Assembly (NCBI GenBank): GCA_017543335.1
Contig: JAFYGE010000013.1
Location: 20,210-84,209, forward strand
Direction: 5' to 3'
Origin: Ruminococcus sp.
Lineage (GTDB): Bacteria > Bacillota > Clostridia > Oscillospirales > Ruminococcaceae
Length of the DNA stretch: 64,000 bases
Both the position numbers and the translations under genes were made by a program. A model generated the notes under the pieces. That model saw nothing but the letters and a program-made list of their open reading frames with translations, made no database searches and had not been told where the DNA came from. Shown piece by piece: positions 1 to 9,489 of this stretch (positions are counted from its first letter, which is position 1; the number at the start of each line of letters is the position of its first letter).

Positions 1-1812
1 CTCACCCTCGTCGAAACTAAGCTTAGCAGGAACATAGTCGCCCATAACACTTGCCTTTGTATCGTCAAACGCACTTGCTTTTGACTTATATGCCTGAGCT
101 TTATCAGTAAAGAATACAAGTTCAGTCTTATTTGTCGCCTCAAAGCTCTGACTAATATAGTCTCCCTCTTTAAGCTTATGTTCACTGCTCATTCTAAGGG
201 ACTGCGGAGTTATCTTCTTGAAGTATCCGCTGTCAGATACAAAGATATTTACAGGATAATCCGGTGTGTCGTCGACTTCGACTTCTTCCTCAACATCAGA
301 AGGATAGTAGAACATGGTCTTTCTCGGCTGAGCGTAATTCTTGATGACCTGTTTAAGCTCGTCAATTATTATCTTGCGGACCTTCTTCTTGTCTTTGAGT
401 ATCTCTTCCATTTCCTCAATATCTTTTTTCAGCTGGTCAACTTCTTCTACCCTGCGTAAAATGTACTGCTTGTTGATATTTCTGAGCTTTATTTCAGCTA
501 CATATTCAGCCTGTATTTCGTCGATACCGAATCCGATCATGAGGTTTGGAACAACATCTGCCTCATTTTCAGTCTCACGGATTATCTTTATTGCCTTGTC
601 TATATCAAGGAGTATCTTTGAGAGTGCTTCAAGCAAATGGAGCTTCTCTTTTTTCTTGTTGAGGTCAAAATAAACTCTCCTCTGAACACATTCCTCACGG
701 AAAGCTGTCCACTCTGTAAGGATCTCACGGACACCCATTACTCTCGGAGTACCTGCAATCAGAATATTAAAGTTGCACGGATAGCTGTCCTGAAGCGGAG
801 TAAGCTTATAGAGCTTCTGCATGAGCTTATCCGGGTCAGTACCTCTTTTAAGGTCGATAGCAATTTTCAGACCGTCAATATCAGTCTCATCACGAATATA
901 GGATATCTCACGTATCTTTCCGGCTTTTACAAGCTCGATTATCTTATCGATAATAGCTTCAACTGTGGTTGTATAAGGTATCTGAGTTATCTCGATGCAA
1001 TTTGATGATTTATCATAGCTATAGCGTGACCTTACTTTTATACTTCCTCTGCCGGTCTCGAATACCTTTTTCAGCTCGTTCTCATCATAAAGCATCATGC
1101 CTCCGCCGGGGAAGTCGGGACCTTTTAATGTGCTGAGCATATCGTGATCCGGGTCTTTCATCAGAGCTATAGTAGTTTCGCATATTTCTTCAAGGTTGAA
1201 CGGACAAACATTGCTCGCCATAGATACAGCAATACCGGTATTTGAGTTAACCAATACAGTCGGGAATGTTGCCGGCAGAAGAGTAGGCTCCTGCATTGTG
1301 TTATCATAGTTCGGCACGAAATCTACTGTATCACGGTCAATATCACGGAACAGCTCGTTACATATTTTTTCAAGTTTAACCTCGGTATAACGTGGTGCAG
1401 CGAAGTGCATCTTACTTGAATACTGCTTACCGAAGTTACCTTTTGAGTCGATATATGGATGAAGGAGTGCTTCATTACCTCTTGTCATACGGACGAGAGT
1501 CTCGTATATAGCCTGATCTCCGTGAGGATTGAGCTTCATTGTTTCTCCGACAACATTCGCTGACTTTGAACGCTCCTTATCAGGATTAAGAAGTCCTCTC
1601 TTATACATCATATAAAGAAGCTTTCTGTGAGAAGGTTTAAAGCCGTCGATCTCAGGCAGAGCTCTTGAAACTATTACGCTCATGGCATAAGGCATATAGT
1701 TCTTTTTCAGAGTATCAGAGATCTTTTCGTCAACAACACTTCCTGAGCCTTCTATATAAGCTTCGTGTTTGAAAGCTGGCTTTTTGCTTTGTGGTTCTTT
1801 TTTTCTCGGCAT
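1..1812 (-). CDS. Type IIA topoisomerase subunit A (GyrA/ParC family), 3' end runs off the window
   Basis: Not in the ORF track. Manual translation from ATG at 1812 gives MPRKKEPQ...NYMPYAMSVIVSRALPEIDGFKPSHRKLLY...NPHGDQAIYE...GNFG...AAPRYTE (catalytic Tyr motif). gyrA versus parC not resolved. Confidence 0.95.
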   Translation of the reverse strand, partial: MPRKKEPQSKKPAFKHEAYIEGSGSVVDEKISDTLKKNYMPYAMSVIVSRALPEIDGFKPSHRKLLYMMYKRGLLNPDKERSKSANVVGETMKLNPHGDQAIYETLVRMTRGNEALLHPYIDSKGNFGKQYSSKMHFAAPRYTEVKLEKICNELFRDIDRDTVDFVPNYDNTMQEPTLLPATFPTVLVNSNTGIAVSMASNVCPFNLEEICETTIALMKDPDHDMLSTLKGPDFPGGGMMLYDENELKKVFETGRGSIKVRSRYSYDKSSNCIEITQIPYTTTVEAIIDKIIELVKAGKIREISYIRDETDIDGLKIAIDLKRGTDPDKLMQKLYKLTPLQDSYPCNFNILIAGTPRVMGVREILTEWTAFREECVQRRVYFDLNKKKEKLHLLEALSKILLDIDKAIKIIRETENEADVVPNLMIGFGIDEIQAEYVAEIKLRNINKQYILRRVEEVDQLKKDIEEMEEILKDKKKVRKIIIDELKQVIKNYAQPRKTMFYYPSDVEEEVEVDDTPDYPVNIFVSDSGYFKKITPQSLRMSSEHKLKEGDYISQSFEATNKTELVFFTDKAQAYKSKASAFDDTKASVMGDYVPAKLSFDEGE

Positions 1813-3063
1813 TTATCCGATCCTCCCTTTGTAATCCGAATACTGCACAGCGATGCGGTTTTCGGGGTCTTTGTCAAAAAGATACAATGTTGTTATGAAT
1901 AAAAGTTCGAGCGGCTTCATTAATATGTACACAATATCCGCTCTGGACTTTGTTGTTATGTGTTTCGATACAGGATAACCGTGCTTGTCGTAGAAATTTC
2001 TCACTGCTCTGTGGAATTTCGGACAACGCTCCTGTATCAGGTCCTCAAAGGCATTTGCAACAAGAAGCTGACGATTGACGATTATTTTCTGTCCCCTTCT
2101 TATGCCGTATCTCTGAGGTTTTACGACTTTTTCATGTCCGCCGGCAGCGACTGTACAAAGGTAATGTCCTTCATACTCTTTCGGCGGAGGCGGAGTCTGC
2201 TTAGAAAAAGTCCAGTCAGCAGTATCAGTAAAGGCTTTTATGAAGCCATCCGGACCCTGACCGTTTATTATGTATAAAATTTCGCAGACTACTATTATTG
2301 GTATCATAAGTCCGAAGCTGAGAGCGGTCATGCCTGAGACTTTTGACATGAGCTTGTGAAGTCTCGCACCAAATTTAGTACGAAATTGCGTTTGATTTTC
2401 CTCAGCTTTTTGTACTTGTCCGATTATGTTCAGCCTTATGCGTCTTATGGCTATGAGATAAAGGTTGAGTACGTACACGAACATCATTATTTTTGCATAA
2501 AAATCAGCATTTTTCATCAGCTGGATATTGAGTACCGTAAAGAGTATCAGTCCGATAACAGTAAACGATGTGAGAAAAGCAGACGATAGAGGCGGGAGTT
2601 TTGTAGTCGAAACAAATGAAAGTATCATCAGCGATACAAAACCTATGAACATAAGCAAAACGACTTCTTCGTCATACTCAGAACTGATCTCCTCATGGTA
2701 ATAATTAGCATATATAGGCTCATCCCAGTAAGCAGCTGATAAATTCATATTTACTGTTAATAAAAGTCCCCATAATCCAAAACCTATAATTATCAACGCA
2801 ATATCATTAAATACAGTTTTTTCGTCTCTCAGGGTTATCAGATTTTTTATATTAAAACCAATTATAACAAATGGATATAGTAAATAAAGAGGGAATACAA
2901 GTAACGCATTGCCGGGAAGGTCTAAAATGAATAAGCAAAATAATAAGCTCGCAGCAACTCCAAGGCACAGAATCATTATATCGGAAAATTCTGCTTTTTC
3001 CTCTTTATTTCCTTTTATCTGTATTACAAAAACCAAAATAACAAGTACGACACCCAAAAACAT
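1813..3063 (-). CDS. DUF6688-like polytopic membrane protein
   Basis: About 9 hydrophobic segments, then a conserved-looking C-terminus GHYLCTVAAGGH...VNRQLLVANAFE...YILMKPLE. RBS AAGGAG before the ATG. Confidence 0.75.
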   Translation of the reverse strand: MFLGVVLVILVFVIQIKGNKEEKAEFSDIMILCLGVAASLLFCLFILDLPGNALLVFPLYLLYPFVIIGFNIKNLITLRDEKTVFNDIALIIIGFGLWGLLLTVNMNLSAAYWDEPIYANYYHEEISSEYDEEVVLLMFIGFVSLMILSFVSTTKLPPLSSAFLTSFTVIGLILFTVLNIQLMKNADFYAKIMMFVYVLNLYLIAIRRIRLNIIGQVQKAEENQTQFRTKFGARLHKLMSKVSGMTALSFGLMIPIIVVCEILYIINGQGPDGFIKAFTDTADWTFSKQTPPPPKEYEGHYLCTVAAGGHEKVVKPQRYGIRRGQKIIVNRQLLVANAFEDLIQERCPKFHRAVRNFYDKHGYPVSKHITTKSRADIVYILMKPLELLFITTLYLFDKDPENRIAVQYSDYKGRIG

Positions 3064-3073
3064 ATAGTTCTCC

Positions 3074-5053
3074 TTAGCTTATATCAGCCAGTTCGAGATA
3101 ATCTGCTCCATATTCTGAAATATAGTCTTTTCTGCCCTGTAGATCGTCACCAAGAAGCATCTCAAAAACTTCTGCCGACTCAGTAATATCGTCAGCAGTG
3201 ACCTTTATAAGACGACGTGTATCAGGGTTCATAGTAGTAAGGCTCATCATGTCCGGTTCGTTCTCACCAAGACCTTTTGAACGCTGGATAGTGTGCTTTT
3301 TATCACCGATCTGGTCGAGTATCCTCTGTTTTTCCTGCTCGGTATAAGCAAAATAGGTCTTTTCTTTAGTGTTTATCTCAAACAGCGGAGACTCTGCGAT
3401 ATAGACATATCCTTTCTCAATAAGAGTAGGAGTAAGTCTGTAGAGCATGGTGAGTATCAGAGTTCTTATCTGAAATCCGTCAACATCGGCATCAGTACAT
3501 ATAACTATCTTGCTCCAACGGAAATTGTCGATATTGAACGAAGAAAGCTCTTTGTTAGCCTTAGTTGTGACCTCAACTCCGCAGCCGAGCACCTTTATAA
3601 GATCGGTAATTATCTCGCTTTTGAATATCTTGGCGTACTCAGCTTTAAGGCAGTTGAGTATCTTTCCTCTTACTGGAATAACTGCCTGAAATTCGGCGTT
3701 TCTTGCAAGTTTTACAGAACCGAGAGCTGAATCACCCTCCACGATGTATATTTCACGTCTGGTCACGTCTTTGGTACGGCAGTCAACAAACTTTTCGACC
3801 ATATTTGCAAGATCGATAGTGCCGGTAAGCTTTTTCTTTACGTTAAGACGAACTCTCTCAGCGTTCTCTCTGCTTCGCTTGTTTATGAGTATCTGCTCAG
3901 AGATCTTCTGAGCTTCGTCCGGATTTTCGATAAAATATACTTCCAGCTGATGACGGAGGAATTCGATCATAGCTTCACGGATAAATTTATTAGTGATAGC
4001 TTTTTTGGTCTGGTTCTCGTATGAGGTCTGAGTAGAGAAAGATGAGGATACCAGTACAAGACACTCCTCAACATCGTTATAAGTTATCTTTCCCTCATTT
4101 TTCTGATAGCCGTTCACGGACTTGATATATGCGTCGATCTGAGCAACAAAGGCTCTTTTTACGGCATCCTCCGGTGAACCGCCATGCTCTAAGAAACTGG
4201 AGTTGTGGTAATATTCTGTCATTTTTACTTTATTTGAAAAAGTAAGAGCAACATCCAGTTTTACCTTATATTCTGGTTTGTCATCACGGTCACGGCCTTT
4301 TTTCTCCGCTGACCAGTGCTGAACCGAGGTCATAGCATTATCACCGACTATCTCCGTAACGTAGTCAGTAATACCGTTTTCGTATAAGAATTCCTGCTCG
4401 TTGAAACCGCCTGCTTCATTTTCAGAACGGAACACAAAAAGAATATTTGGATTTACCACTGCCTGTCGCTTTAAAATATCGCAGAAGAAATCATCGCTAA
4501 CATCTATATCAGTGAATACTTCAAGGTCAGGTCTCCAACGAGTCTTTGTACCTGTCTGCTTTTTCTTACAAGGCTCTTTCTTTAATCCGCCGACATTATT
4601 TCCCTTTTCAAAGTGGAGATTATATCTGAAGCCGTCTCTTACGACCTCAACATCCATAAATTCTGAAGAAAACTGAGTTGCACAAAGACCAAGTCCGTTC
4701 AGTCCCAGTGAATACTCATATGAATCGGCTGTATCATCGTATTTTCCGCCGGCATAGAGTTCGCAGTAGACCAGTTCCCAGTTAAATCTCTGTTCATTGT
4801 TATTGAAGTCAACGGGACAGCCTCTGCCGAAGTCCTCGACCTCAATGTCATTATTCCTGTAATGAGTTATGATGATTTTATTTCCGTATCCCTCTCTTGC
4901 CTCGTCTATAGAGTTGGATATAACTTCAAATATAGAATGTTCGCAGCCGTCAAGACCGTCTGAACCGAATATGACCGCAGGACGTTTTCTGACTTTATCC
5001 GGACCTTTGAGCATTGTAATACTGTCGTTTCCGTAATCCTGTTTCTTTGCCAT
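3074..5053 (-). CDS. Type IIA topoisomerase subunit B (GyrB/ParE family)
   Basis: VRKRPAV, EVISNSIDE, DFGRG, GLNGLG (GHKL ATPase); VEGDSA, PVRGKILN, TDADVDG (TOPRIM); KGLGE. Alternative GTG start at 5059. Confidence 0.96.
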   Translation of the reverse strand: MAKKQDYGNDSITMLKGPDKVRKRPAVIFGSDGLDGCEHSIFEVISNSIDEAREGYGNKIIITHYRNNDIEVEDFGRGCPVDFNNNEQRFNWELVYCELYAGGKYDDTADSYEYSLGLNGLGLCATQFSSEFMDVEVVRDGFRYNLHFEKGNNVGGLKKEPCKKKQTGTKTRWRPDLEVFTDIDVSDDFFCDILKRQAVVNPNILFVFRSENEAGGFNEQEFLYENGITDYVTEIVGDNAMTSVQHWSAEKKGRDRDDKPEYKVKLDVALTFSNKVKMTEYYHNSSFLEHGGSPEDAVKRAFVAQIDAYIKSVNGYQKNEGKITYNDVEECLVLVSSSFSTQTSYENQTKKAITNKFIREAMIEFLRHQLEVYFIENPDEAQKISEQILINKRSRENAERVRLNVKKKLTGTIDLANMVEKFVDCRTKDVTRREIYIVEGDSALGSVKLARNAEFQAVIPVRGKILNCLKAEYAKIFKSEIITDLIKVLGCGVEVTTKANKELSSFNIDNFRWSKIVICTDADVDGFQIRTLILTMLYRLTPTLIEKGYVYIAESPLFEINTKEKTYFAYTEQEKQRILDQIGDKKHTIQRSKGLGENEPDMMSLTTMNPDTRRLIKVTADDITESAEVFEMLLGDDLQGRKDYISEYGADYLELADIS

Positions 5054-5083
5054 TTTCACACTGCCTTTCTTCCTGTTTTAATA

Positions 5084-5174
5084 TTGCTCCCCCAACTAAA
5101 CCTTGCCAACCAATGCTCGTCATAAAGAAAATTTCTGCCTTTGCCTTTTTGGCAAAGTTTAATTTGGGGAGCAA
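5084..5174. mobile_element. Short (91 bp) MITE-like element, family A, internally deleted copy
   Basis: Imperfect terminal inverted repeats TTGCTCCCCCAACTAAACCTTGCCA...TGGCAAAGTTTAATTTGGGGAGCAA flanked by TA on both sides. Reverse-complement homolog of 62722-62879. Confidence 0.75.
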
Positions 5175-5188
5175 TACATACAAATTTT

Positions 5189-5217
5189 ATTTTAGCACAT
5201 TTCATTTTCTTTTTCAA
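5189..5217 (-). promoter_or_regulatory. sigma-A-like promoter of the topoisomerase operon
   Basis: TTGAAA-17 nt-TAAAAT on the minus strand. Confidence 0.55.
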
Positions 5218-5268
5218 GTCCAAAATATATTTTTATTAGTTGTATTTTTTACGTTTATACACAAAACA

Positions 5269-5298
5269 GTCCGGAACACAATCAGATTGCGTCCGGAC
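5269..5298 (-). terminator. Probable intrinsic terminator after copA
   Basis: GTCCGGA...TCCGGAC hairpin followed by TGTTTT on the minus strand. Confidence 0.5.
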
Positions 5299-5307
5299 CA
5301 TTTATTA

Positions 5308-7827
5308 TCATTCTTTAAAACCTGTAACCTTGTATCCAGCTTTTTTTATAGTCTCTTTTATGACCTTTCGGTCTACAGCTCCGGCTGCATGAACAAGAGC
5401 ACTCCCCTTCTCATGGCTTACGTCTGCACTGTCTACAAACGGCAGTTCTTCAAGAGCTTTCTTTACTCTCGCTTCACAGTGACCGCACATCATTCCTTTT
5501 ACCATTACCGTAACAGCTAAATTCTCACCGGAGCTATTCTCGGTCAGGTCAACGACATTTTTCAGCTTTTTATCCTTGCCTGCGTCATGTACTTTAAGCC
5601 AATTCAGCCTGAGTGCATTTGATACAACGCAAAAGCTCGAAAGGCTCATAGCAGCCGCTCCGAACATAGGATTCAATTCCCAGCCAAAGAGTTTTATATA
5701 AGCTCCTGCGGCTAACGGAATTCCGATAACATTATATATGAATGCCCAGAACAGATTTTCATGAATGTTTCTCAATGTTGCCCGACTAAGCCGTATCGCT
5801 GCGGACACATCAGTAAGTTGGCTCTTCATGAGTACTACATCTGCCGCATCTATGGCAACATCAGTACCTGCTCCGACTGCGATTCCCATGTCGGCTGAGG
5901 TGAGTGCCGGAGCATCATTTATTCCGTCACCTACCATAGCTACTTTTCCCTTTTTCTTTAGCTTTTGAATTATACTTTCTTTACCGTCAGGCAGTACTTC
6001 CGCAATCACCTCATCCACACCAGCCTGAGCTCCAATTGCATCAGCAGTATAACGGTTATCTCCGGTCAGCATGACAACTTTGATGCCCATGTTCTTCAGT
6101 TCTTTTATAGCCTGCGGGGCTTCTTCCTTTATTACATCCGCAACAGCTATAATTCCGGCAAGCTCATTATTATCCGCAAAGTAAAGCGGAGTTTTTCCCT
6201 CTGATGCAAGCTGGTCAGCTATATCATGAAGCTCCGGAGAAATTTCTGCGTACTGACTTATAAAATTATAATTTCCGCCATAAATATTTCTGCCGTCAAG
6301 AACTCCGGACAAACCGTTTCCGGCTATCGCTTTGAAGTCCGTAACATCAGCGGACTTCATACCTGTTTCATTGCAGTAAGAAACAACAGCCTTTGCAAGC
6401 GGATGCTCGCTTTTGGATTCAAGTGCAAAAGCAAGCCTTGAAAGTCTTTCTTCGCTGCAATTTCCATATGGAATTATATCCGTAACTTTTGGTTCTCCGT
6501 TTGTTATAGTGCCGGTCTTATCCAGTGCCACTATCTGCACTTTTCCTGTTTCTTCAAGTGAAACTGCTGTCTTAAATAAAATACCGTTTTTAGCTCCGAC
6601 TCCGTTTCCGACCATTATCGCTACAGGTGTCGCAAGTCCAAGAGCACACGGACAGCTTATAACGAGTACCGAGATAGCTCTTGCAAGCGAAAATCCTACA
6701 GTTTGTCCGACTATAAGCCATATAATAAAGGTCAGCAATGCTATAGTTATTACTGCCGGAACAAATACTCCGGAAACTTTGTCTGCGACTTTTGCTATAG
6801 GAGCTTTTGTTGCAGATGCGTCACTTACCATTTTTATTATCTGAGACAGCGTAGTGTCCTCACCGACACGAGTCGCCTCGCACTTTATAAATCCGGACTG
6901 ATTGAGCGTTGCCGACGTTACATTGTCGCCTGTAGTTTTATCTACCGGTACGCTCTCGCCGGTTATTGCAGCTTCATTGACCGCACTGCTTCCCTCTATT
7001 ATCACTCCGTCAACAGGGATATTCTCCCCCGGACGCACTACGAAAATGTCCGCTTTTTTAACGTCATGTATTGGTATGACAAGCTCTTTTCCCTCACGTA
7101 CTACTGTCGCATTTTTCGGAGCAAGCTTCATGAGACTTTTTAGTGCATCTGTGGTTTTTCCCTTAGACCTCGCTTCAAGCAGCTTACCGACCGTTATGAG
7201 CGTCAGTATCATTGCTGCTGATTCAAAGTAAAATTCGTGCATATAGTCCATAACTGCATCATGGTCACCTTTGTACTGAGCATCGGTCATTGCAAAAAGT
7301 GCCCATGTGCTGTAGACAAATGAAGCCATTGAACCAAGTGCTACCAGAGTATCCATATTCGGAGCTCTATGAATAAGTCCCTTGAATCCGTTTATAAAGA
7401 ACTTCTGATTTATTACCATGACTATCGCTGCAAGAATAAGCTGTGACAGTCCCATCATTACGTGATTACCGTCCATGAATGACGGCAGAGGAAAATCAAG
7501 CATCATATGCCCCATAGAAAGATACATGAGTACTGCAAGGAAGAAAAGTGAAGAAAAAAGTCTTCTTTTCATTACCGGAGTTTCAGTATCCCGAAGCGGC
7601 TTGGTTTCACTTTCAGCTGTCTTTGAGCCTCCTTGCAAAGAAGCTCCGTAGCCTGCATCTTTTACAGCCTGAATTATCGCACTATCGGATGCTGTTCCCT
7701 CAACTCCCATAGAGTTAGTCAAGAGGCTTACCGAGCATGATGTAACTCCCTCAACTGATGAAACAGCTTTCTCTACTCTCGCACTGCAAGCTGCACACGA
7801 CATTCCTGTTACGCTATATTGCTTCAT
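5308..7827 (-). CDS. copA: Copper-translocating P1B-type ATPase
   Basis: GMSCAAC HMA domain, TGES, CPC, DKTGT, SEHPL, GDGIND, YN and MSLSS motifs, plus a C-terminal GMMCGHC HMA domain. Confidence 0.95.
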   Translation of the reverse strand: MKQYSVTGMSCAACSARVEKAVSSVEGVTSCSVSLLTNSMGVEGTASDSAIIQAVKDAGYGASLQGGSKTAESETKPLRDTETPVMKRRLFSSLFFLAVLMYLSMGHMMLDFPLPSFMDGNHVMMGLSQLILAAIVMVINQKFFINGFKGLIHRAPNMDTLVALGSMASFVYSTWALFAMTDAQYKGDHDAVMDYMHEFYFESAAMILTLITVGKLLEARSKGKTTDALKSLMKLAPKNATVVREGKELVIPIHDVKKADIFVVRPGENIPVDGVIIEGSSAVNEAAITGESVPVDKTTGDNVTSATLNQSGFIKCEATRVGEDTTLSQIIKMVSDASATKAPIAKVADKVSGVFVPAVITIALLTFIIWLIVGQTVGFSLARAISVLVISCPCALGLATPVAIMVGNGVGAKNGILFKTAVSLEETGKVQIVALDKTGTITNGEPKVTDIIPYGNCSEERLSRLAFALESKSEHPLAKAVVSYCNETGMKSADVTDFKAIAGNGLSGVLDGRNIYGGNYNFISQYAEISPELHDIADQLASEGKTPLYFADNNELAGIIAVADVIKEEAPQAIKELKNMGIKVVMLTGDNRYTADAIGAQAGVDEVIAEVLPDGKESIIQKLKKKGKVAMVGDGINDAPALTSADMGIAVGAGTDVAIDAADVVLMKSQLTDVSAAIRLSRATLRNIHENLFWAFIYNVIGIPLAAGAYIKLFGWELNPMFGAAAMSLSSFCVVSNALRLNWLKVHDAGKDKKLKNVVDLTENSSGENLAVTVMVKGMMCGHCEARVKKALEELPFVDSADVSHEKGSALVHAAGAVDRKVIKETIKKAGYKVTGFKE

Positions 7828-7944
7828 TATATCACTCCATTTCTGACATAAATAATTATATCATAAGTACTTGAAGCGTGTCAATTAGCCTTAGTTAACA
7901 AGCCAAAATGCAATAAGCGGAAATATGTATTTTACCGTCCTACG

Positions 7945-8295
7945 TTATTTTATAGCCTCTTCCCACTCCTTTTCCTTGAATCCCACCGCAACACTATCTC
8001 CGTTTATGAGTATCGGACGCTTTACAAGCATACCATCAGTTGCTAATAGTTTAAGCTGCTCATCCTCACTCATTTCCGGAAGCTTATCTTTAAGTTCCAT
8101 TGACTTATAAAGAAGTCCGCTTGTATTAAAAAATCTCTTTAATGGAAGTCCGCTTTTCTGATACCAGTCCTTCAGCTCGTCATATGATGGATTCTGAGTC
8201 TTGATGTCACGTATTTCATAATCGCAGCCCTTTTCATTGAGCCAGCTCTGTGCTTTTTTGCAAGTTGTACACTTAGGATAACATATAAATTTCAT
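7945..8295 (-). CDS. ArsC/Spx-family protein
   Basis: YPKCTTCKKA CxxC motif, FFNTSG, LVKRPIL. Confidence 0.9.
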   Translation of the reverse strand: MKFICYPKCTTCKKAQSWLNEKGCDYEIRDIKTQNPSYDELKDWYQKSGLPLKRFFNTSGLLYKSMELKDKLPEMSEDEQLKLLATDGMLVKRPILINGDSVAVGFKEKEWEEAIK

Positions 8296-8466
8296 TACTT
8301 TTCCTCCGTTTTAATTTTTGTATTATTACACCATATATGCTATGCATTATAACATAATTAATGCTCTGGATCCATTATATCACAAATCAGCTGCTCAAAG
8401 CTATAGTTTTCAGAAAAAACTTTATTGAAATATTCCGGTTTTTTCATATTTTTTTCATTTTTGCCC

Positions 8467-8495
8467 TTGAAAATACATCTATATAGTGATATAAT
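8467..8495 (+). promoter_or_regulatory. sigma-A promoter of the MoxR operon
   Basis: TTGAAA-17 nt-TATAAT with extended -10 TG. Confidence 0.7.
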
Positions 8496-8530
8496 TATAT
8501 GGTACATTTTTATATATACAGGAGAAGAAT

Positions 8531-9487
8531 ATGAATAATAACTACTCAGCACAGTTCAGTGCGATACTCAACGAAGTGAAAAAGGCTGTAATTGGCAAAG
8601 ATCCGATCATTATCAAGGTACTGCTTGCTATTCTTTGTAAAGGTCACGTACTTATTGAGGATATTCCGGGCGTTGGTAAAACAACTCTCGCTCTCGCTTT
8701 CTCAAAGGCTCTTTCACTCGAACATAACCGTATGCAGTTCACACCTGATGTACTCCCTTCGGACGTAACAGGTTTCAATGTATATAATAAAGCTACCGGC
8801 AAATTTGAGTTCAGGACCGGCGTTGCTTTCTGTAATCTCTTCCTCGCAGACGAAATAAACCGTACTTCAAGTAAAACTCAGTCTGCTCTCCTTGAGCTCA
8901 TGGAGGAAAAAAGCATTACTGTTGACGGAAATACATACAAGCTCCCTGAGCCTTACACAGTGATCGCTACTCAGAACCCTATCGGTTCTGCCGGTACTCA
9001 CAATCTTCCGGACTCTCAGCTTGACCGATTCATGATAAAACTCAGTATGGGTTATCCTGATTTCAGCGGTGAGGTAAATATCCTGAGATCAAAATATAAT
9101 TCAAATCCTCTTGAAACTGTAAAGCCTGTCGCAGATGCTGACTCTATCATGGCATTACAGGAGTATATCTCCAACATCTATGTTGACGACAGGATATACG
9201 AGTACATCGTTTCACTTTCAGCTGCTACCAGAAATCATCCTATGATCAAACTCGGTGTCAGTCCACGTGGTACTCTCGCACTTATGCAGATCGCTAAGGG
9301 AGTTGCTGTTGCAAGCGGCAGAGATTATGTCATCCCGGACGACATCACTTACATCTGCAACGATGTTTTTGAACATCGTATAATGCTCAACTCAAAGGCT
9401 AAACTCTCTGATGTGACTGCCGGAAGTGTTATTAAAGAGGTCATAAATTCGGTTCCGGTACCGGGCATCTCAACACAGGTGAGGTAA
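8531..9487 (+). CDS. MoxR-family AAA+ ATPase
   Basis: EDIPGVGKT Walker A, RMQFTPDVLPSD, LADEINR Walker B, ATQNP, QLDRF. Confidence 0.95.
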   Translation: MNNNYSAQFSAILNEVKKAVIGKDPIIIKVLLAILCKGHVLIEDIPGVGKTTLALAFSKALSLEHNRMQFTPDVLPSDVTGFNVYNKATGKFEFRTGVAFCNLFLADEINRTSSKTQSALLELMEEKSITVDGNTYKLPEPYTVIATQNPIGSAGTHNLPDSQLDRFMIKLSMGYPDFSGEVNILRSKYNSNPLETVKPVADADSIMALQEYISNIYVDDRIYEYIVSLSAATRNHPMIKLGVSPRGTLALMQIAKGVAVASGRDYVIPDDITYICNDVFEHRIMLNSKAKLSDVTAGSVIKEVINSVPVPGISTQVR

Positions 9488-9489
9488 TC

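Noticed and set aside
178-1005. Plus-strand ORFs 178-459, 341-673 and 637-1005
   Set aside because: They are antisense shadows of the topoisomerase A gene, which the track missed because it runs off the window edge.
4995-5520. ORFs 4995-5183 (-) and 5047-5520 (+), and likewise 62722-62925 (+), sharing LNFAxKAKAE
   Set aside because: The shared peptide is just the translated MITE. These ORFs overlap real genes and have no RBS.
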